In this document: positions 58,052 to 64,000 of the stretch, in pieces | Numbering within the stretch: position 1 is the first letter of the stretch | How the letters are laid out: each line of letters begins with the position of its first letter | Made by a program: the position numbers and the translations under genes | From: Acutalibacteraceae bacterium | Lineage (GTDB): Bacteria; Bacillota; Clostridia; Oscillospirales; Acutalibacteraceae | Assembly: GCA_045535475.1 (NCBI GenBank) | Contig: JAZSLR010000074.1 | Location: 3,989-67,988, forward strand | Reading direction: 5' to 3' | DNA: 64,000 nucleotides | The notes under the pieces: generated by a model | What the model was told of the DNA's origin: nothing | Seen by the model: only the letters and a program-made list of their open reading frames with translations | Database searches by the model: none

Positions 58052-59318
58052 TCTCTTCACCCTCCCCCGATTCAGCCGAAAGCATAAATATCGTGTCTAT
58101 TGAAAGTTTCTTTGCCGCTTCGCAAACCTGCTCCATAGTAACTTTTTCGATTTCTTCATTAAGACTTTCGGTGGTTAAAATTTCATCCTCGAGCACCTGA
58201 GACGCATACCACGCACAGATTCCCTCGGGAGTTGTAAAGGTGTGTCTTTCTTTAAGTGAACGCTTTGAAGAATCAAGCACCTCGGGGTCGGTTTTGCCGT
58301 TCCTCAAATCCGAAAGCTGAGCAAGAATTTCGGCAGAAACCTTCTTTTCCTTATCGGTATCAATTCCGCCCTCAACGAGCACAAGTCCCTTGCTTGCAAT
58401 CAGTCTTGACCAGCAGTAATAGGCAAGGCTGAGCTTTTCGCGCACGTTCATAAAGAGCTTGGAATAGGTGCCCATTCCGAATATATCATTCATAACCGTA
58501 ACCGCCGCAAGGTTATCTCGGCTGTTGCTCATTCCCGACCTGAAGCCGATAACAAGCTTGCCCTGATTGACGGGGAATTTCTCCTCAAATCTGTTGAAGT
58601 GACCGCCTCTCCTGTGGAAAACGGTTTCGGGCTTCACGGGATTTCTTTCGATTTTCTCAAATTTCTTCGCAAAAATATCCGCAACCTCGTCCGCACTGCT
58701 GCTGCCGACAACGGTAATCTGGAAAATCGCAGTTGAAAGAAGATTTTTCCACGCAGAATAAACATCCGCCATTTTCACTTTTTCGATTTCTTCGATTGTA
58801 CCGTATTTATCTTTACCGTATGCTTCGTTTGCGCACATATAGCTTATGCAGCGGTTGAAAGCATAGGTTCGTTTGTCGTTAAGTTCTTCTTCAATGCGCT
58901 GGATAAGAAGCCTTTTTTCCGCAGCAAGATTCTCTGCGCCGAAACTGCTGCTTTTGCAGTTGGGAGAGAAAATCATACTTGCAAGAAGCTTTGCACACTG
59001 CTCTGCGATGCTTTCATCGGTAAGAGCAAAACGGTCATCAAGAAAAGTCAGCGAAAGAGTAAGCACCTGCGCTTCGCCCGACTTCGAAACCGATGCGGAA
59101 AGGCTTGCACCGTAAAGCTCATCGAGCTTGCCGTTGAGAAGCGAAAAATCGGGATATTCCCTGCATGAACGCTTCAGAAGAAATATCAGCAGCGAATTTG
59201 CCGCCATTTTATCATCCATAGGTAATGCCATAGATACCGAAATGCGTCCGGTTTTGAATCTGTCCGTCTGTTCGGAAACAAGACGCACACCGTCGGCTAT
59301 CATTCTGACAAGTGGCAT
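58041..59318 (-). CDS. M16 family peptidase-like protein, YmfF-like (no HxxEH)
   Basis: TDRFKT, L.ELYGA, QGKLVIGF, SKLF.NVREK.SLAYY. Confidence 0.88.
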   Translation of the reverse strand: MPLVRMIADGVRLVSEQTDRFKTGRISVSMALPMDDKMAANSLLIFLLKRSCREYPDFSLLNGKLDELYGASLSASVSKSGEAQVLTLSLTFLDDRFALTDESIAEQCAKLLASMIFSPNCKSSSFGAENLAAEKRLLIQRIEEELNDKRTYAFNRCISYMCANEAYGKDKYGTIEEIEKVKMADVYSAWKNLLSTAIFQITVVGSSSADEVADIFAKKFEKIERNPVKPETVFHRRGGHFNRFEEKFPVNQGKLVIGFRSGMSNSRDNLAAVTVMNDIFGMGTYSKLFMNVREKLSLAYYCWSRLIASKGLVLVEGGIDTDKEKKVSAEILAQLSDLRNGKTDPEVLDSSKRSLKERHTFTTPEGICAWYASQVLEDEILTTESLNEEIEKVTMEQVCEAAKKLSIDTIFMLSAESGEGEENAD

Positions 59319-59332
59319 TGTAACACTTCCTT

Positions 59333-60631
59333 TTATAAATCGTTTGCAATTATCTGTTCATAGGTTTCTCTTTTGACAACAACTCTTGCCTCGCCGTCCT
59401 TTACCATAACAACGGCGGGTCTGGGAATACGGTTATAGTTTGATGCCATTGAGTAGTTATATGCACCGGTTGAAAGAACTGCGAGAGTATCCCCCGCCTT
59501 GACCGGCTGAAGCTTTGTGTTTTCCTGAATAAGGTCGCCGCTTTCACAGCATTTGCCCGCAACGGTAACAGTTTCCGTTCTGTCCTCTTCGGCTCTGTCG
59601 GCGCAGACTATTTCGTAATCCGAGCGGTAAAGAGCATATCTCGGATTATCTGTCATACCGCCGTCAACGGAAACATAGGTTCTCACATCGGGGATAGTCT
59701 TGACATTACCGACTGTGTAGAGTGTCACGCCCGCAACGCCGACTATCGAACGGCCCGGTTCAATAAGAATAAACGGAGTTTTGATTCCGAGCTCGCGCGA
59801 GAATGTGGTGACAACCGCCGCAACATTCTTCATATATTCGCCGTAAGGCTGATGGCTGTCGCTCTTGAGATATTTGATTCCGAAGCCACCGCCGAGATTA
59901 AGTTCATCAAGCTCTTTGCCGGTTTCGATTTTGATATCCCTGTAGAATTCAAGCATAATCTTTGCCGCAAGCTCAAACGGGTCAACATCGAAAATTTGCG
60001 AGCCGATATGGCAATGCAGACCTCTGAGATTAACGTTATCCATAGCAATCGCAGTCTTGACCGCATTCATTGCTTCGCCCGTTTCAAGGGCAAAACCGAA
60101 CTTTGAATCTATCTGACCCGTCTTGATAAAATCGTGAGTATGAGCATCAACGCCGGGCTTGATTCTGAGCATAATTCCCGCAACCTTGCCAAGCTCTTTT
60201 GCGATTGAATCGAGCATTTTAAGCTCCGTCAGATTGTCAACAATAATTCTGCCTACTCCGTTCTCAACAGCCGCCGTAAGCTCCTGACGGGTTTTATTGT
60301 TGCCGTGGAAAACAATTTTATCTGCGGGGAATCCGACGGAAAGAGCAGTGTAAAGCTCGCCGCCCGAAACAACGTCAATGCCGATATTTTCCTGCATACA
60401 GATGCGGTACATTTCCTTGCAGCTGAATGCCTTGCTTGCATAAACAACCATTCCGTTGCCGTTATAGTATTTGTTGACAGAAAGAATAAACTCTCTTATT
60501 TTCTGTCTTATTTTGCTTTCGCTGTAAACATACAGAGGCGTGCCGAAACGCTCGGCAAGATCAAGTGCATCCGCGCCTTCAATTGTCAGATGCCCTTTTC
60601 CGTTTGTTGAAACACACTTTGTTACAAGCAT
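59333..60631 (-). CDS. lysA: Diaminopimelate decarboxylase
   Basis: GTPLYV, YASKA, FHGNNK, HIGSQ, LGGGFG, EPGRSIV, GKCCESGD, GAYNYSMASNYN. Confidence 0.95.
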   Translation of the reverse strand: MLVTKCVSTNGKGHLTIEGADALDLAERFGTPLYVYSESKIRQKIREFILSVNKYYNGNGMVVYASKAFSCKEMYRICMQENIGIDVVSGGELYTALSVGFPADKIVFHGNNKTRQELTAAVENGVGRIIVDNLTELKMLDSIAKELGKVAGIMLRIKPGVDAHTHDFIKTGQIDSKFGFALETGEAMNAVKTAIAMDNVNLRGLHCHIGSQIFDVDPFELAAKIMLEFYRDIKIETGKELDELNLGGGFGIKYLKSDSHQPYGEYMKNVAAVVTTFSRELGIKTPFILIEPGRSIVGVAGVTLYTVGNVKTIPDVRTYVSVDGGMTDNPRYALYRSDYEIVCADRAEEDRTETVTVAGKCCESGDLIQENTKLQPVKAGDTLAVLSTGAYNYSMASNYNRIPRPAVVMVKDGEARVVVKRETYEQIIANDL

Positions 60632-60633
60632 TT

Positions 60634-61221
60634 TTATTCCCCCTTCGAAGCGCTGATGATTTCAGCCTTCACTTCTTCAACACCCGTTCCCTTAACCGAA
60701 GAGAACTCAATTCTTTTTATTTCAGGATAATCCGCAAGCTCTTCAAGAAGTGCCTCTCTGCGTTTTTCCGTTTCTGTTTTGTTAAGCTTATCGCACTTAG
60801 TCAAAGCAATAACAAACGGAATTCCGCTCTCACGCAGGAAGTTGAGCATCGTCATATCATCCGCCGACGGTGCGTGGCGCATATCAATAAGCTGGATGAC
60901 AAGCTTGATGTTTCTGCCCGACTGAAAATAGCCTTCCATAAGCTCCGCCCAACGCTTTTTCTCGCTCTGCTCACGCTTCGCATAGCCGTAGCCGGGCAGG
61001 TCAACGAAGTAAACACCGTCGCCCTTAAAGAAATTGACTGTAATCGTCTTTCCGGGCACCGAGCTTACTCTCGCAAGGTTTTTACGGTTGAAAACTTTAT
61101 TTATAAGCGATGATTTGCCAACATTCGAGCGTCCCGAAAAAACAATTTCCGTTTCTTTTGAAGGCGGAAGCTGCTTCGATATGCCATAAGCGGCGGTAAA
61201 TTCTATTTTATCAAATCTCAT
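60634..61221 (-). CDS. engB: Ribosome biogenesis GTPase YihA/YsxC
   Basis: GRSNVGKSSLIN, PGKT, VDLPGYGYA, D.RH, TK.DK. Confidence 0.95.
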   Translation of the reverse strand: MRFDKIEFTAAYGISKQLPPSKETEIVFSGRSNVGKSSLINKVFNRKNLARVSSVPGKTITVNFFKGDGVYFVDLPGYGYAKREQSEKKRWAELMEGYFQSGRNIKLVIQLIDMRHAPSADDMTMLNFLRESGIPFVIALTKCDKLNKTETEKRREALLEELADYPEIKRIEFSSVKGTGVEEVKAEIISASKGE

Positions 61222-61232
61222 TTTAAAAATCC

Positions 61233-63644
61233 TTACTGTGTTATTGTAGCGCGCGAGCTTTTGCTCACATTCATGGGCTGAACCGATGTTTCACCGTTCT
61301 TTGCAGGCTTTTCGAGAGCGATATCCCACACTGCCTCAACCGTCTTGACCGGTTCAAACGCAACAGCCTCTTTAACTACAGGGTCAACCTCATCAAGATC
61401 GGAAATGTTGTCATAAGGAATAACAACAGTCTTTATTCCCGCTCTGTAAGCCGCCATAGACTTTTCTTTAAGTCCGCCGATGGGAAGCACCCTGCCTCTG
61501 AGAGTAATTTCACCCGTCATAGCAACATCCTTGCGCACCTTGATTCCCGAAAGTGCGGATACAAGCGAGGTTGCAATCGTAACGCCCGCAGAAGGCCCGT
61601 CCTTGGGAGTTGCGCCTTCGGGCACGTGAATATGAATATCGTTTTCTTTATAGAACTCTCCGTTTATCGCAAGAGAATCTGCTTTTGAACGGATATAGCT
61701 GACCGCCGCCTTCGCACTCTCCTGCATAACGTCGCCGAGTGAACCCGTCAATTCAAGTTTGCCCGTACCCTTAAGCACGGCGGTTTCAATCTCAAGCATA
61801 TCGCCGCCGACACTTGTCCACGCAAGGCCGTTGACAACACCGACTTCATTTTCTCGCACGATTGAATCGTTTTTATATTTTCTTGTGCCGAGATATTCTT
61901 CAACATTTTCGGGTTTTACCGAAATTTTTTCGGCACTGCCCTCAACTATCGCCATTGCAGACTTTCTGCAGACAGCCGCAATGCGCTGTTCAAGGTTTCT
62001 CACGCCCGCTTCACGGGTATAGCCCTCAATAATAAGTCTGAGCGCCTTGTCGGTTATTCTGAGCTGCTTCGAAGTCAGTCCGTGCTGCTTTATCTGCTTG
62101 GGAATAAGATGTTTCTTTGCAATATTGAACTTTTCTTCTGCCGTGTAGCTGCCAAGCTCAATAATTTCCATTCTGTCGCGCAGAGGGTCAGGGATATTCG
62201 ATTCAACATTCGCCGTTGTGATAAATAGAACCTTGCTCAGGTCAAACGGAAGCTCAATATAGTGGTCTCTGAATGATGAATTCTGCTCGGGGTCGAGCAC
62301 TTCGAGAAGCGCCGAGGTCGGGTCGCCCTTATAGTCGGATGAAAGCTTATCCACTTCATCAAGCAGAATAAGCGGATTGCTTGTGCCCGCCTGCTGCATA
62401 GCATTTATGATTCTGCCCGGCATTGAGCCGATATATGTTTTTCTGTGACCTCTGATTTCCGCCTCGTCCTTGACACCGCCAAGCGAAATTCTTACGTATT
62501 CTCTGCCCGTTGCGGACGCAATCGAGCGTGCAACCGAGGTTTTGCCGACTCCCGGAGGACCTGCAAGGCAGATAATCTGACCTTTGATATCGGGGGCAAG
62601 CACACGCACGGCAAGATATTCGAGAATTCTCTTTTTGATTTTGTCAAGTCCGTAATGGTCACGTTCAAGAATCTTTCTTGATTTTTCAATATCCGTATTT
62701 TCATCGGAAAATTTATTCCACGGAAGCGAAAGGCAGGTTTCGATATAGTTTCTGCTGACTGCCGCTTCGGGTGACTGCGGAGAATATTTTTCGAGTCTGT
62801 CGCATTCCTTGAAAAGCTTTTCCTTGAGTTCATCGGGCGCTTTCATAAAGAAAATCGTTTCTCTGAATCTGTCAAGCTCCTCTTCCTGCGAAACTCCGCC
62901 GCCAAGCTCCTGAGAAATAACCTTCATCTGCTCGCGCAGATAATATTCACGCTGATTCTTATCAATAGCCTCCTGCACCTTGTCGCCGATATCGGCTTCG
63001 ATTGCAAGAAGATTGCTTTCATTCGTAAGAAGCACGCAAAGCTCTTCGAGTCTTCTTATCGGATTGATAACGGAAAGAATGCTCTGCCTGTCCTCATATT
63101 CAAGCATAATGTTGCCTGCAATATAGTCCGCAAGCTCGCCTGCTTTTGTTTTCTGAAGAACACTTGTAACAAGGTCCGCAGGCATCTGAGGCGCGCAGTC
63201 CGAATAATCTGCAAAGATATCCTTCGTATGTCTGATAAGCGCCTTTTCATAGTCAATGTTATCTTTTCTGACCGCAGGCTCTTCAATCGGGAATATCATC
63301 GCTTTAAGATGATTTCCTTTTTCGTTTTCAAAACCCTGAACAAGCCTTGCTCTGTAAAGACCTTCAACCGCAACACGGACATTACCGCTCTTGCCGGGAA
63401 GCTTGAGCACCTGCTTCACGCTCGCAACAACACCGATTTCGTAAAGGTCGTTATAATCGGGGTCGTCAACGCTGATGTCTTTTTGAGTAACAAGGAAAAT
63501 TTCCTGGTCCGTATCCATAGCTTTTTTGAGGGCATTTATTGATTTTTCTCTGCCCACATCAAAGTGAATAAACATATCGGGAAAAACAACCAGACCGCGC
63601 AAAGCCACGGTCGGCATTACCCTTATCTTTTCTTCTTTCATCAT
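61233..63644 (-). CDS. lon: Endopeptidase La
   Basis: [52 protein letters not shown]. Confidence 0.96.
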   Translation of the reverse strand: MMKEEKIRVMPTVALRGLVVFPDMFIHFDVGREKSINALKKAMDTDQEIFLVTQKDISVDDPDYNDLYEIGVVASVKQVLKLPGKSGNVRVAVEGLYRARLVQGFENEKGNHLKAMIFPIEEPAVRKDNIDYEKALIRHTKDIFADYSDCAPQMPADLVTSVLQKTKAGELADYIAGNIMLEYEDRQSILSVINPIRRLEELCVLLTNESNLLAIEADIGDKVQEAIDKNQREYYLREQMKVISQELGGGVSQEEELDRFRETIFFMKAPDELKEKLFKECDRLEKYSPQSPEAAVSRNYIETCLSLPWNKFSDENTDIEKSRKILERDHYGLDKIKKRILEYLAVRVLAPDIKGQIICLAGPPGVGKTSVARSIASATGREYVRISLGGVKDEAEIRGHRKTYIGSMPGRIINAMQQAGTSNPLILLDEVDKLSSDYKGDPTSALLEVLDPEQNSSFRDHYIELPFDLSKVLFITTANVESNIPDPLRDRMEIIELGSYTAEEKFNIAKKHLIPKQIKQHGLTSKQLRITDKALRLIIEGYTREAGVRNLEQRIAAVCRKSAMAIVEGSAEKISVKPENVEEYLGTRKYKNDSIVRENEVGVVNGLAWTSVGGDMLEIETAVLKGTGKLELTGSLGDVMQESAKAAVSYIRSKADSLAINGEFYKENDIHIHVPEGATPKDGPSAGVTIATSLVSALSGIKVRKDVAMTGEITLRGRVLPIGGLKEKSMAAYRAGIKTVVIPYDNISDLDEVDPVVKEAVAFEPVKTVEAVWDIALEKPAKNGETSVQPMNVSKSSRATITQ

Positions 63645-63851
63645 ATAAAAACTCCTTCTCACCGCACCATCCGCTTGCGGCTGAAACGACTGTAATTTTA
63701 AAAATATACTTTCTTAGCATAATATTATATATTATAAATGTAAATCCGTCAACACCGCCGTATGAACAAAAATAATGTGAAATGAAAAATATCCGTGAAC
63801 AAACAAAGAGCCGCCGCAAATCGCGACAGCTCCCGTTAAACCGAAGTTTAC

Positions 63852-64000
63852 TTATTTCATACCGTTTTCATAGGCCTCGATCATCTTCTTAACCATCTGA
63901 CCGCCTACGCTGCCTGCTTCCTTGGAAGTGAGGTCGCCGTTATAACCCTGCTTAAGGTTAACGCCTACTTCTCTTGCAGCCTCCATCTTGAACTGTTCAA
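63852..64000 (-). CDS. Alpha/beta-type small acid-soluble spore protein, 5' end off the right edge
   Basis: Manual translation ...EQFKMEAAREVGVNLKQGYNGDLTSKEAGSVGGQMVKKMIEAYENGMK-stop; hairpin at about 63808-63832 downstream. Confidence 0.92.
   Translation of the reverse strand, partial: EQFKMEAAREVGVNLKQGYNGDLTSKEAGSVGGQMVKKMIEAYENGMK

Noticed and set aside
1-64000. CRISPR array, prophage, integrase or IS transposase
   Set aside because: No regularly spaced repeats and no ORF with recombinase, transposase or phage motifs seen

Overview
Mostly core chromosome of an endospore-forming Clostridia-class bacterium; gene style and synteny suggest Oscillospirales/Ruminococcaceae-like (inference). 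About 55 CDS: housekeeping (ileS with T-box, phoH-ybeY-dgkA-era-yqzL-recO, trmK-nif3-rqcH, uvrBA with a LexA box, rplU-prp-rpmA, folD, lgt, M16 pair, lysA, engB, lon), sporulation (spoVAC, truncated spoVAD, yaaL-bofA, DUF378, SASP), sugar/inositol genes (iolA, iolC, iolJ-like, manA, araD, GH78, two GPH symporters, rfbAC), several secreted hydrolases and one tRNA-Arg(CCG). No integrase, transposase, prophage or CRISPR array was seen. Main signals: (1) a DUF559/Vsr-like endonuclease gene bracketed by inverted ~45-bp double-hairpin repeats with compensatory base changes, an architecture resembling RAYT/REP systems but with a different nuclease; (2) spoVAD breaks off right after the conserved NNMGAAMAP motif at a repeat-rich junction, as expected for a gene split by site-specific recombination; (3) a 115-bp element whose inverted ends copy the 3' end of the adjacent tRNA; (4) an Ile T-box lacking the canonical UGGNACC antiterminator bulge; (5) four A/T transversions at conserved UvrA residues. 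All family assignments come from motif recognition, not database searches.
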